Origin: Entomortierella parvispora E1425
Lineage: Eukaryota > Fungi > Mortierellomycota
NCBI GenBank assembly: GCA_020891255.1
Contig: BQFW01000001.1
Span: forward strand, 1,736,001 to 1,800,000
Length of the DNA: 64,000 nucleotides
Reading direction: 5' to 3'
Positions 11,816 to 31,003 of the stretch are shown here, piece by piece. Each line of letters opens with the position of its first letter. Position 1 is the stretch's first letter. A model generated the notes under the pieces. The model searched no databases and had not been told where the DNA came from. It saw nothing but the letters and a program-made list of their open reading frames with translations. Both the position numbers and the translations under genes were made by a program.

Positions 11816-12382
11816 CTACCGCTGCTGGTCTTGGATTGGTCCTGAAGGTGAAACTGGCCGAAGCGCATTCAAAGTTGCGTAGAACAAAGGATATTGTGGG
11901 GCAGACGATCCTGGTCCTGGCGCCCCTGCTGGGTGGGCTGTTGGTGGCGTCAGACCGTGGGACTGGGAGGAGTGATGGTGCGAAGGCATCATGGGTGCAC
12001 TAAAATGAGCCGAGCTCAGCAGGGACGGACTCTGGTTGGGATTGGCGGTGCAGTGCGCATAGATATTGGGTATGCTCGTCCTTTGCTTGCGAACGAGTGG
12101 TAGCATCATCGGATAGTTGTCGTCGTTGAATGAGGATGAGCACGAGGACGGCGAATGGACGCCGAGGGTATTGTTGCCAGGATGGCTGGTATGAGTATTA
12201 TTATTGCTGTTATTGCTCATAGTGTTAAAGTAGGACGACCCTGTTGAGCTTGCTGAAGATGAGGCCGATGAAGATGAGGAGGAGGCCAAGAGGTCTGTAT
12301 GACGGCATTCCTCGGAGCAATAAGTCGCTCCATTGGTCTTCTTGTCACAGACCAGGCACCAGTCGCAGTCGACGCCATCCAT
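11816..12382 (-). CDS. Ecl1/2/3-like (extender of chronological lifespan) zinc-binding small protein, 188 aa
   Basis: MDGVDCDWCLVCDKKTNGATYCSEECRHTDL matches the CxxC...YCSxxC..D pattern, followed by an S/P/H-rich disordered tail. ATG at 12382-12380. Confidence 0.75.
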   Translation of the reverse strand: MDGVDCDWCLVCDKKTNGATYCSEECRHTDLLASSSSSSASSSASSTGSSYFNTMSNNSNNNTHTSHPGNNTLGVHSPSSCSSSFNDDNYPMMLPLVRKQRTSIPNIYAHCTANPNQSPSLLSSAHFSAPMMPSHHHSSQSHGLTPPTAHPAGAPGPGSSAPQYPLFYATLNALRPVSPSGPIQDQQR

Positions 12383-13670
12383 GGTGCAGGCAAGAGAGAG
12401 GGTGGGGTGGGTGGATGTGGCAAGGGTATGTGTGTGGGTGCGGTGCGGGCTAGTGTGCGATGGCAACGCGCGATGAGGTGAACAAGAGAAAGATGATCTT
12501 GAGAGAAGAAGAAGGACTGATGGAATGATGGAATGCAAAAGAGAAGGAATGAGCAAGGCAGAAGGTCGCGTTTCAGCTTTCTTGAGCAGGGCAGGACAGG
12601 GCAATGCAAGACAGAGCAGGTCCAGCAAGGCGGGCGGGGTCTGTTCGTTCTTTGGCTGAGATCGAAAGGTGGGGAGTGCACTTGTGGAGAAACCAGGGAC
12701 GGAGAATAGATTCAAGGAATGGGATGGCGAAGCACGGCAGGACTGTTGGAAGCAGAGAGAGACAGATGAGCAAAAAGGTGGACTGATGGGATGGATGTAA
12801 AAGGAAGAAGACAAGATAGATGCAAAGAGGATGGAAGGTTAGAAGGAAGAGAACGAAACGAAAAAGGGCCAGACGAAAGTGAGTCAGAAGGGTGTCTTCT
12901 GGCCTTGGCCTTGGCTGGTGGGTGGCAGTGGGGTGGGTCGTGGGACCATCCAATGATGTATTGTCGTCATCTCTGTGCTCTCGGCCCGTCTCGTCTCGTC
13001 CTTCCTTCGTTCTCCCCTTTTGCGTTTCTGACTAGGACTGAAGGGGAAGAAGACAGAGGGCAGCCCAACCCCAGGGCTGGTGATGGCGCAATTCCTTCTC
13101 TCTGTCTTTGTCCTCGCTGTTGCGCCTCTCCGAGACAGTTGTCTGCGGAAGGATGCATCCCGACGACTGAGACTGGACGGGTGTGTTCTCGACAAAACTC
13201 ACTCCCGTTGCTGCATTTGCATTTGGGGCTGATTTGGGGCTGGGAGGGGGCTGCATGCTGCACGTCGCACAAGAAAGGACTGACAGACACAACGTGTTTC
13301 CACCCCTCTGCCCTTCTTTTCTTTTATTTCTTTCCTCAACCTGCTCCTCTGTTGTCCCACCTTGACCTGTCATGCCATTTCATGTCCTGTTCAGCCCTGT
13401 CCTTCCTTGCTGCACGCAGAGGAAAACTCTAGGTCGCAAAGGTGATGCTATTCATTTTCGCTAACATCACACGACTCCATGCCACGTCCATTCGGATATG
13501 CATTGCATACCTGAAGATTAAGCGATCAAGGGGCTACGGCTGTTTGGGCGACCCAATCCCCTTCTTTTTATATTTTTCCTTCTGGAATCAGGGGAGCGCG
13601 TAGGTGCTGAAAAAAAACGTAGCGGTGATGTTGCCACTAATTTATTCTGTTCATTCAATATGTCCTATTC

Positions 13671-16600
13671 TCACATCAACAGGTCAAAGCCAGAGTCGCG
13701 ACGTGCCGCCTCTGACACTGGCACCTTCTTACCATGCTGGTCAATCGTGAATTGCTGTTGTGGGGCCTGTGCGCTGTCGTGCTTGCCGTCTCTGGTCTGA
13801 GTCTTGTTGCTCTTCTTGCCTACGACACCTTGCAACTCTCCATGGCCATGCTCAAACGAAAGCGTAGTCGTGGCTGGTGCACCGGCTCCCACTATTCCTC
13901 CACTCAGAAACTGTGGCTGACGAGCGTCATGGGGGTGGATGACATGTTGCAAAAGATGGTGCACAGGCTTCTCCTTCTCCAACCCCTGCTTGTGGTGCTC
14001 CCCGTGCGATCGGAGAGTTTCGCTCAAATGTCCAACCTCGTGGTCGTCATTGTGAGTCAAGTCTAGATGATGATGATGGTCATGATGAGCCACTGGTGCA
14101 ACCACGAAGTTCTCACTGGAGAACAAAGAGTCGTTTTGGTGAAGGTCTTGAGCACGAGTTGCCTGGCTGTGGGGTAGAGGCTGAGGACGACCTGCAATAA
14201 AGATCTCGCTAACACCGATGGCAGCGCCATGATCATTCTCATTCACATTCAATTGAACGGCGCCACTGTAACTCAATCCAGGCTCTGTGCTAGTGTGGAG
14301 AACCGAAGATACACCTGAGCGATGACTGGCCGCACTCTCGGGACGGGAGACAGCAGGTGTATCAACATGCAAATGCTTTGGATCCTTCGGCTGGAGTTTC
14401 TTCTGATGAGCTGCATGTTTCTCAACCTGTTTCAGAAGATGCGAGGACAAGGATGAAGTGGCGGCAGTAGTAGTAGTTTTCTTCTTCTCCTCCTCTTGAA
14501 CGAGATCAGGGTCCTCGACAACAATAAAGCCGTCCTTGTCATAATGATGGCTCTTCAAGTTAGGCTTGTACGCATGGCCCTCCTCTGGAACGTGCACCTC
14601 AGTATGGGATGCGGCTGCTGCCAGGTTGATGTCTTTAAGATTAGCGCCAGAACTGCTCTCGTGGGCCTTGCTTTCGCTGGAGGTCGTTGTGGACGCTGTG
14701 GGGGCCATGGAAGAAGCAGTAGTCTTGGAGGCATTCTTCTGGTTCGCCTTGTTTTGCCTCTTATTTGCCTTATTGCCACCAGCCTTGGAATCTTGGTTGC
14801 CTTTGTCATCTGCACTGGGCTTTTTCTTATTGGCGCCAGTAGCAGACTTGGTCGATGGCTGGGACGCATATTGCTGGCCGATCGCCGGCTTTGAATGCTT
14901 TTCTGCTGGAGAGGCTGAAGTGACTTGAGAGGAAACAGCGGCATGAACTTCAGCAGAGCGCGTTAGGGGGCTAGAAGTTGCCGCGTGAGCGGGAACATTG
15001 GCATGGGCTTGCGTGGGGCTGCTGCCTCGAGAGATGGTCTCTGTTGCAATCTCCTTGACCTCCTTCACGGCCTTGGAGACCGAACTCTTGGCACCTGTGA
15101 TCATCTCGGATACATTATCGGCCACATCAGCCAAGCTGTCAGTCGCGCCGCTCACAGTATTTTGGGCTGTACCTAAGACTCCGCGACTCGAGTGTGTTGC
15201 AAGGGAAGAACGCCCCGAAGTTCTGGAAGAGGACTCTGAGGTAGCCTTCTTGGTTACATTGACAGTAGCGCTTGACGCGTTGGCTTCGGTCTGGGCCGAT
15301 TGTGCAAGCGTCTTCGGGGAGTGAGAGGGCGCGTGCTCGAGGCAGTCAGACTGAACCTCGTCATCGTCTTGATCGTTTTCCTCGGGTTCCTCGTGGCCAG
15401 CAATGTTCTCGGTAAAGTTGTCGACCATCTCTTCAATCATGTGCTTAGCGTTATCAAAGTTCTCATAACCAACATCCGCTGCTTTAGCGACAATGGCACT
15501 AGCAGCGACTTTAGCATGGTGAAGAATGGATGGAGCTGAAGCAAAAATGCTATTTCCACCTGCTCCTTTGGACTGGTCATCATCCTCATCCTTGTCAGAG
15601 TCCTTGTCAGCCTGCTCCTCGCTCACACGATCTCCGTCTTTGTTCCTGTAGACATAGTCGTCGTGATCCAATGTAAGGGACGCCTTCTTCTTTGATGAAC
15701 TGCGGCCCTTGCTCTTGGATTGTCCAGAGGCAGAAGAGGATGCTGAGGATGACGACTTGCCAGCTGTAGCGCCTTTAATGCTCTTGGCGACAATCTCTTC
15801 AGTCTTATGTGCCTTAGAAAGAGCTGAGTCCAGAGTTGACTTGGCGTCATGGCTTCCTTTTTGCGCTTTTGTCTCTTCCCTGGTTGCCGCAGACTTCAAA
15901 CTTTGTGCAACATGGTCCTCAGTTTCGTAAGCAGTGGCAAGGGCATTGTCCATGACAATTTTTGCTGCGTGACTCGACTTTCTCGCCGTCCTCTTGGAGT
16001 CCTGTTCATACTTCTCCGCGGCCTCGCGAGCACCTTGAATTGCTGCTTCAACAGTACCCCTTCCAATCTCAACAGCAGACCCGAGCATATGCTCGGCCTG
16101 ACGAACTGGAGTGACCACATTCTGGACAATTGCGTTTTTGGCAGCGCCTATAGCAGAGTCGACGTTGGCTTTGGCTTGATGAACTGCTCCTTGAGCAGCC
16201 TGACTTGCCCGTTGCACGGCCGCATCCTTTGCCTGATAAGCAGTCCCAATGGCGCCGTCAACGGACTTCCTGGCTCCCAGAGCGACAGTCTTAGCAGCAA
16301 ACTCGGCCTGTTTGACGCCTTCTTGGGCGCCATACACGACAGCATCTTTGGTCTTTTGAGCGGCTCCAACAGCAGATCCAATGGTCTCTCTGGCCTTTGC
16401 AACTGCATTTTCTGCGGCCTCACGAGCATCGTGCGCAGACTTGTGAAGGCTCTTGGAAGCGGCTTCCGTAGACATTTGAGCCATATTTAAAACTGTAGCC
16501 TCTGCGTCATGCACAGTCTTGGGCACAGCATGGACAGCACCAGAAACGGTTCCTTCGATAGAGCTAAAAGTGCTTTGGACGGTATTCACGGCGCTCTTTT

Positions 16601-19600
16601 TGACATTTTGAGCAGACTCGACCGCAGCGTCGACCGTCTCAATTGCTTGGTGAATTGTCTTGCCAAGGGAATCATGGGCGACATGGGCTGCCTGCAAGAT
16701 CAACTCTTCTGCACCCTCAACAGTTCCAACCATATCCTTGACGACCGCACCTGCTGCCTCACGGGCGAGGCCTAACGCTGACTCGACGTTTTTTTCAGCG
16801 CCATGAGCGGCCACTTGGAGCACAGCTTCGCCCTTGGCAACAGCATCTTGGGCGCTGTGAATAGCAGCCTGCACACTGGACTTGCCCTGCTCAACCGCTT
16901 GACCGACAATGGCTTTCGCCTCTTTAGCAGCTTGCTGAGCCGCTTCATCGACCTCGGCGGACATGGCCTTCACGTCGTGGATAGCCGACTGAAGATCCTC
17001 TTTGGTTTGATCCGCAATTTGACCAGCAATTGCCTTGGCATCATGGGCAGTGGTTTGGAGTGCGGCCTCACCCTTGGCAACAGCATCCTTGGCGCCATGA
17101 ATAGCAGCCTGAACACTGGACTTGCCCTGCTCAACCGCTTGATCGACAATGGCTTTCGCCTCTTTAGCAGCTTGCTGAGCGGCATCGTCGGCCTTGGTAG
17201 ACATGGCCTTTACGTCTTGGATGGCCGCCCCCTTGACTTTGGATGCGACTTTGACAGCTGATTGCAAATCCTCTTTCGTTTGATCAGCAATTTGACCAGC
17301 AATAGCCTTGGCGTCATGAACCGCTTGCTTGGCAGCGCTGTCAACTTTGGTTGCAGTCTCTTCCATCTGCTTGATTGCACCGGCAGTTTTCTTGGCTGTA
17401 GAGTCCTTAGCCCTTGAGAAGGCTTGAGACGCTTCCCTTGCAGCATGTTCAGTGCTATCGGCTACCTCCTGAACCAGATGCTTTGCCTTCTTGGCAACTT
17501 GGGAGGCGTCTTTAGCGGCATGTTTAGTGCTGCCTGCTGCCTGCTGGGCAGTATGGCCCGCCTTCTTGAGGGAAGAATCCACAGACTTCTTGGATTCCTC
17601 TGCCACCTTCTTGATATGGGCTGGGGCTTCATTGAATACTTTTTGGACCTTGGATGCGGCATCTGCAGTGGCAGATGACGTATTCTTGAAGGAGGCAGAG
17701 GTTGAAGAACCATGCTGCTTATCATCAGTGGCCTTCGATGATGATGTGGTTTTCTCCTGATGCTTGTTGCTGCCCGAAATTGCACCATGGCTGGAAGAAT
17801 CTGGGGCCCAATCGGCAGCGCCAGCATTGTTGCTCATGTCTGCACCCTTATTGTCGCCTTGAGTGGCCGTCGAAGACTTGGGCCAGGACTTGGAGGCATT
17901 GGCAACATTGTGAGCTGCCACGGCGTCAATCTTGGAAGCAACCCCTTTAACATTAAGGCCGGCGGTGACTGTGGATGATCCCGACGAGTGGGCGCGGCTT
18001 TGGGAGAGATCAATGCTCTCTGCAATGTTGTCCTTGGCCTTTTCGCTGTTCGACCTAGCTTGACCACCGCTCAAGCCAACACTAGTATGTTGCTTAGTAG
18101 AGCTAAGGGTTGGGGTTGCTGATGCAGGCTCAGATTCTTCAACCTTGGCCTTTGTCTTTTGCTCAAGCTTCGGATTAGGACGCGCAGAAATATCCTCGGT
18201 GGACACCTTAGAATGGCTGGCGGACTTGGGTGCTGCAATAGGGGCAGAAGGAGCAGTATTCGACGTGTTACTGGCGTTCACATTTGCGGTGCCAGTACTG
18301 TCCTTGTGGGAATTGGCGGCATTGGCGGCGGCGGCGGACCCAGCGGTGGCGGCAGCGGCAGCAACAGCATTGGCCAAGCCTGGCTGACCTTGAGCAACGC
18401 TTCTCCGTCGTAGGCGTGGTGCATTGGCGGCCCTTGCTGGCTCTTTTGTAGCAGGGATACCGGAAGCATCAGTCGAAGCTGCTGAAGAAGAACTGGTCGA
18501 TGCTTTGCCACTTTTGGCCGTCGAAGATGCATTGGAGGTTTGTTTGCCCTTCCCAAAGACGCTTCCAATGTGAGAGGATGAAGCCTTGGAGTGGGTGTCC
18601 ACATTTGACTGCTTGGCATGAGATGGCGCTGAAGTGGCGAAGGATGGTGCAGTGGACAAAGAGGACGAGGCATGAGAAGAGCTTTGGGCCTGGCCGCTAG
18701 TTTTGCTGAATCCCCAGCCTTCATCTTGATCAATGCCAGAGCCCTCCATACCTTCGTCCAGGGCCTCACTGAATGAATCCTTTAGCTCTTCACCCAGTTC
18801 TGATCGTTTGAAAAGCAAAAATAAAAGGGTTTGGTTAATGATAACTTTTTGATGGGCAAACTCCTTTCACATGGGCTGATGATAAGGTAAGTGCACATAC
18901 CAGACCACGATTGAGGCAAATTTCCTTTCAAGGTGTTCGTGGCTGCTTCCGCAGTGTTGGTCAACATTGCGACTGTCGCCAAAGTAGCTCCAAGGACTCC
19001 GCCAGAGATGCCATCCAAATTCTTCCACATGGGGTTATTCTGAGCAAATTCCATGATCTTGAAAGCAAATCCTGACTGTGGAGCGTCCTGTCCATGCTGT
19101 CTTCCATTGGAGGATGACGATCCCCCCGTCTTACCAAAGGCACGGGAATGAGAAGAAATATGAGGCTGATGGCGGTGTCGGTCAGCCTCCTTGAAGCTGT
19201 GAGCGCGAGGAGTGCGAGTGCGAGTGCGCATGGAGGGAGACTCCAGGGAATCCGAGCCAGGTCCGGCAGGTCCAGATCCAGCTCCAGCGCGCTTCTTTTC
19301 TTGCTGAGGCTGTTGGGCGCCAGGGGCAAAGATGTGTTGATGACTTTCGAGATAATCCGCGTTGGTCTCGTGAAGTTCAGCCATGGGCTTCCAGCTAGAG
19401 GAGTCGGTACCAGAACTGGATTGATCGGCCTTCGTGGCCTTGTTCATGTCTGCGGACGAGCGGTGTGCCTTGTCTGTGGACTGGCGACCATCCTTTTCAG
19501 AGGCGGCGGCAGCGGCGGCTTCGGTCTCCTCATTCACATACTTTTCACGGTTATCCTTTCCGATTTCTGTCTGCTCCTGTTGAGCGTCCGATTGTCCAAC

Positions 19601-21134
19601 GATATCTAAACAACGAGGACGATAACAATAATACAAATGATAGGCCGTCAGTTTCAGGAATACCCACAGCAAGTCCGTGTTCATGGCCCTCCTATTGCAC
19701 AGATTCGCACAGATACCTTCCATGATAGTAGAAACAATACCTTCACCTATGAATAAAACAATGTTAATATTTGTCGTGCAAGGCTGACGCATCTTCTCTC
19801 GACCTCAATTATATTGTCACCGTTGTAGTCGGCTTACCATGAACAGCACTTCCGTGACGAGAATTCTGGGTAGATTCATTTGCAAGGGTTTGAGTAGGAT
19901 GAGACTCGGCCACATCGCCGCTGGCCACAAGATCCGAGTTGGGTCCTTCCTTGGCGGCCAAATGATCCTTGTTTGTGGTGCCTTGGTTGAACCCAGCTGT
20001 GTTTACAAACGAAATGGAGATAAGCACTCTACTATTCATAAATGTACTTTGCATATCAAGAATCAACCTAACGCTTCCTTTACCAACAATATCAACGGGC
20101 TTGAAGCTTTGGGCTTCTGCGCCGAGACGACCTGTCGATCCTAATAAAGTGGCCCAGGAGTCAATACCGTTGCTGTTACCGAGCTGATGCTGATGACTAC
20201 TTGAACCCCCTTGCTGACCTGCCGATCCGGCTATTGTTGTAACCGATCGAATGAATAAGTTACATGTGTCTGGTTATTGTAAACTAATCTCGAACGATAA
20301 ACCCGCTTCGATCTTACCATTGTCCTGAGCTCCACCCTTCTTGGAACCACGGCGATTCTTTCCTCCTTTTCCAGCACTGGAGGATGTGGAAGAGGAGGAA
20401 GAGCCTCCACCCTGTTTAGATGACGAGGAGGAGCCTTGTCCCTGCTTGTTTCCGCTGCCACCAACTTGAGCAGGGTCAGTTTTCTGCCCTGGAGAACGGG
20501 GTCGATCTTCTTTAGAGCTATGACCGGCTCCCAAACAAAGGTAGGTGGACAAGAAGAGCAAGAACAAAGGCAACAACAACAGCAGCATCAAAAGAATGTG
20601 GGGCTCAATGTTCAGGGTCTCTGCCCAATGATGTAATCCGAATCGGGTCTGAACCTCCTCCACGACTCGATCCACGACAGAGGAAGGGCTGAGTTGTTGC
20701 CAAAATTCGGGTTGGGTGAACGACTGAAGAGTCGAGAGCAAAGAGTGATCGTTTCCACCACCGGCACTTGAAGAAGAGGAAGCAGCATGACTGGCAACGT
20801 TTGGAGTGCGACTCGAAGCGCCAAAGGCATTACCATTCCCGTTGCCAGCAACACCGTTGATGTAACTGGCCGCTGCGTTCGCAGCTACGCTAGACGCGGT
20901 CGAGACAACAGCCGCAACTTTGTCCTGTAACTTTTCAGCATAGCTTCCAAAGAAATATCCAGCCCCACCGTCAGCACCTGCACCACCGCCGAGGGGACCC
21001 ATGTTCTCATAGTTTTTGACGCAGGCAGTCGCAGAGGAGGAGGAGCTGAAGGGATCGTATGCTGGACCATTAAAGAACCAGCCATACAAAGTGTCAATGG
21101 CCTTTTTGGCCTGTGCTTTCACTTCGTGTTCCAT
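13671..21134 (-). CDS. Very large (~2,300 aa) low-complexity protein with one N-terminal TM helix and an A/K/Q-rich helical-repeat (LEA/apolipoprotein-like) core; about 5 exons
   Basis: ORFs 21134-20274, 20066-19809, 19792-18782 and 18818-13671 have GT/AG sites at the junctions (e.g. donor 20317; donor GTATGT near 18900; acceptor ...GATCAG near 18800). TM-like segment ILLMLLLLLPLFLLFLSTYLCLG. Internal exon boundaries are approximate. Confidence 0.6.
16831..17310. repeat. Internal coding duplication with 240-nt (80-aa) period in the giant protein
   Basis: cccttggcaacagcatc...cttgccctgctcaaccgcttga...ggctttcgcctctttagcagcttgctgagc is near-identical at 16831 and 17071. A partial further copy lies near 17260-17310. 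Confidence 0.85.
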
Positions 21135-21862
21135 GATCGGGGTTCAAAGGGGAAAAAAAATAGAGAAAATGATAGAATCAGTGGATGTCGGGTGTTGGAT
21201 CGCCGATTGCTGTGCGTTGTGGGCAGTTGAGATCAAGCAAGCAACCAGGTTATATACAATGCGGAATATATACAAGAGTCGTGAGGAGGAAGAGAAGTGA
21301 GGTGGAATGGAAAAAAAGAAAAAAGAGAATATTACAGCCATGAAAAACCGCGGTGCCCAATCGACAGGCGACAGGTCGACAAAAAATTTGCTTGCTGGTT
21401 GTCTCAGCTTGCGTGATGATATGATGGTGGAGAAATGAGGCGCCTTTCTAGAAAGGCGGCTCGTGGATCTACTTGGATATTTGTGTAAGGATGAAAGCAG
21501 ACATGCGAGTGCAAGAGATGATCCCGCTACCTTCTTTGAAGAGCGACAGTGCAGTTGCCAGGCAAATCATCTTCCCCTTGTGCACAGGCCAACAACGCGC
21601 TTCAGCTAGCACCTGTGACTGCTTTATTCAGCGAGCAGTCACAGATTTGTTTACTTTTTTTCTTTTTTTGCACTCAGTCCCTGAACATACATGCACATGC
21701 ACTTGAACCATTTAGGGTCGCTTTCTCTATCTGGTCATATTTCTTCTCCTCGTCCTTCCTTGAGCCCTAATCACTCACAACGAGAGACCTGTCCTTCTCC
21801 ATTTCTTACTTTCATTTATACTTCATCCATACATTCATCCTTCGGAACAACAACACTGACCC

Positions 21863-25077
<3,215 letters not shown>

Positions 25078-25139
25078 ACAACCCATTCTTCCCTTTGTCA
25101 AAAATTGTATAAAAAGTTGCATTTACATTTTCATATTAT

Positions 25140-26370
25140 TTATTTGTCTTGAGAGGATTGGCAAGAATAGAAATGGATGGAGTCTGCTAACGCCTGAGGA
25201 TTGGGTGCCTTAGCTACTGCTATTATGGACTCGATCTTGTGACCCTCTTGCCCTTCCATTGCAGCCAAAAGCTCCATGATACGTTTAGCCGTCGTCTGTC
25301 CAATGGCTGCCCATTGTATCCGTACCTCAGCTCTTGGATCGGATCCGTTATTGTTAGACTCGGACTGTGTCAGGTAATCGCTCAACACAGGCATGGTCAA
25401 ATCAACGCCCCGCGGACTAAATCCCACCAGCCAGATCAAGCGCCTAAAATATCTTCCTTTTGCAAATATTGTTTGATCCTCGGCAACTGCTTCGGCGACT
25501 TTTGTTGCGGAATTTTTTGGGTCCGACTTTGTATGCTGATTTAGCCACTGCAACAGCTCTTGCTCAAACTCCAATCGCGGTCCGGTCTCGTAGACAACAA
25601 TCTCCTGAAAGGGTCGACAATGGGCCTTCAGTTTCTCGGCCAAAGTCTTCATTCGAGTCTCTCCGGTCAAGAACCAGAGCTCCGGCGGTGGGCTCCTTGA
25701 CTTTGGATCCTGTGGCCATTCGAAAGAGAGCAAAAAGTCGACGAGCTGCTCTGCATTGTTAAAGGATGGACGCGTCAGCGGTGCCGGATCATCCTGCCCT
25801 GCTGAATCGATATTATGGGCATTAGGAGAGGTTGGGGTTGGGTTGTTAATATTTTTAAATCCTGCTTTCTGGACACTTGCAAGAGTCGCTCCTGTCAGGG
25901 AATAGATAGGTATCTTGAGCCATGCTTCACGGATTGCTATACACCGGTGAGAATTTGAACACGAATAAAAAGAATTGACCTGTCAGATATCAGATCCATG
26001 TCGGAGCAAATGCTAATATGTGGGTCATCCTGTGCTGTCTCTTACCTAGATCAGGCTGGCACTCGAGTGCCTGAACAAAGGACCGTACTGCGTTCTGAGA
26101 GGTGACAGCAAAGGCCCAAACTCCTCCTCTGGTGGGATCAGCAAGAGGCGGGAGTCCTACTGCAATAGTCTCTGAAAGTAATGACGGCTGCCTGGGTAAG
26201 ATAGTCAGCGGCGCCACGTAGGTCAGATCGAGATCGAGGGCATCATCCGTGGCAAAGGCACTCTGGAGAGCAGCCTCATATTTGTCCTCCTGCTGACCTG
26301 GGCTGGCCGCATCAGGAATGGACGATGACTCCTTGAGCATGAGGATGGAGCATTGAGTCCTATGCTGCAT
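25140..26370 (-). CDS. HEM4: Uroporphyrinogen-III synthase; exons 26370-26046 and 25936-25140
   Basis: Motifs ILMLKE, EDKYEAAL, AFAVTSQNAV, WLKIPIYSLTGATL (across intron 25937-26045), FLTGETRMKTL, EIVVYET, LVGFSPRGV, AAIGQTTA and VAKAPNPQAL. Start codon uncertain. Confidence 0.85.
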
Positions 26371-26606
26371 CCTGCCTCGGAAAGTCGTGTCGATGAGTCG
26401 GAATGAGGAGAAGGAGGAAGGGGGTGGCGAAGCAGCCGAATGCAGCTTGGTAAGAAGGAGCTTGAAAAAAAAAGGAAAGAAAAGAAAAAAGAAAAAAAAA
26501 AATCGCCAAAGCGGATCTCATTTCTTCTTTGCCCACTTCCTCTTGGACCCTCATTCCTCTTCATTTCCTCTTCAACTTCTCTCTTTTGCCATTTCCTTTC
26601 TCCCTC

Positions 26607-29643
<3,037 letters not shown>

Positions 29644-29722
29644 TAACTTTGCTTTGTACAATACACCATATATTACTTCTTTTTTTTTTTCATCGCACAT
29701 CTACAAGAGTCCCTGCTAATGC

Positions 29723-31003
29723 TTATCCTCGAATCATAACCCTCTTTGGCTTGTTGGCCTTCTTCTGCTGGCGTTTTGATTGTGGTGATGGCTGAGCTGC
29801 GCTTGAAGAGGCACCAGCGATCTGTTGCTGTTGTGATGATCCCTCATCTTCGCCATTACCGCCCAAAAGTCCAGCAAGAGGATCCTGGCCGGCCATACCT
29901 GGCATGACAATCGAAAGAGGTGTCAGGGGCGAGAGTGGAGAGAATTCTGAGCGCTCTGTTCCAGCTGCCTGCTCCCTTGCGTGAATCTTGTTGATAGAAG
30001 CAGCCAAGCGAATCAAGAGATCGCGCTCTAGAGGTTGTCATGAAATGAAAATTATAGGTGGTTTTTCGATCAGTATACATCACCGCTATCGAGATCCTGC
30101 TCTGAATGTTGATGGATACATACTTGAGTGAATGCTGGCATGGCAGAAACGGCCACTCTCCTTGAACAATACTCTGACGCGTCCGCGGTTAGCCCAGTCT
30201 CTAGGATGCGTCTTGCCAGGCTATTCATATTTGAAATAGAAAAGAAAAAAGATATCCTTGCACATCAGTCTCTTTGAATCCAGAAACGCCGTTTGTCTCG
30301 AGTTGTACGATGGACGTTGGCTGTTGCGTGCTTTATATTTCCTAGGTGTTGCTGCCCATGCTTTTACCTCGAATGCCTGTGATAACCGGAGCTCCTTCAG
30401 CGCCTCAACAATATCCTTGGCCCATGGCTGCTTGACACACGCCAAATTTTTGGGGATCCTGCGTCCTTCCACCACTGTCTTTGTTCCGTCAATGTAGCAA
30501 GGGTACAAGCACATCCAGCTATTTGAACATGAAAAATGTTTAGATCCTTCGTACGCAGCAAAAGCATATTGTGAATTTAAAAATTCGCCCCGTTTTCTGC
30601 AGATCGCATCAGGATACTGGGGTCCCAAAGAGGCTCCAAAAGTTTGCAGAGTGGACACAAGATACGCCTCTACTCACCTCTTGAACTGATCTGCCTCCTC
30701 CATAGGAATATAACGAACTCCGTTCTCTCCCACGTTGCCCTTGCCGCCGATCGCCCCAGTATCCATCAATCCACGAATCTGCGCCAGCTGTTCAGGTGTC
30801 AATGGGGAAGAAGCGGCATTGGCTGCGGTGTTGGCTGCGACGGCATCATCAGAGGGGAGAGGAAAGTCCATGTTGTCGAGGTCAAACTCATCGTCATCGT
30901 CATTCTGAATCTGGTCGTGTTCCTCCTCGTCCGAGTCTGGCAAGAAGAATGACTCCTTGTTGCTCTTGCGGAGCAAATTCAAGCTAGAAGTCTTTTTAGA
31001 CAT
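29723..31003 (-). CDS. SEC65: Signal recognition particle subunit SRP19/Sec65, multi-exon
   Basis: Acidic fungal N-terminal extension, then WMCLYPCYIDGTKTVVEGRRIPKNLACVKQPWAKDIVEALKEL, then LIRLAASINK, and a basic C-terminus QKKANKPKRVMIRG. Confidence 0.88.

Noticed and set aside
11599-12003. ORF with a poly-Cys run suggesting a metallothionein-like protein
   Set aside because: The Cys run is the translation of a (TGT/GTT)n microsatellite, antisense to the ECL1-like gene and its 3' flank.
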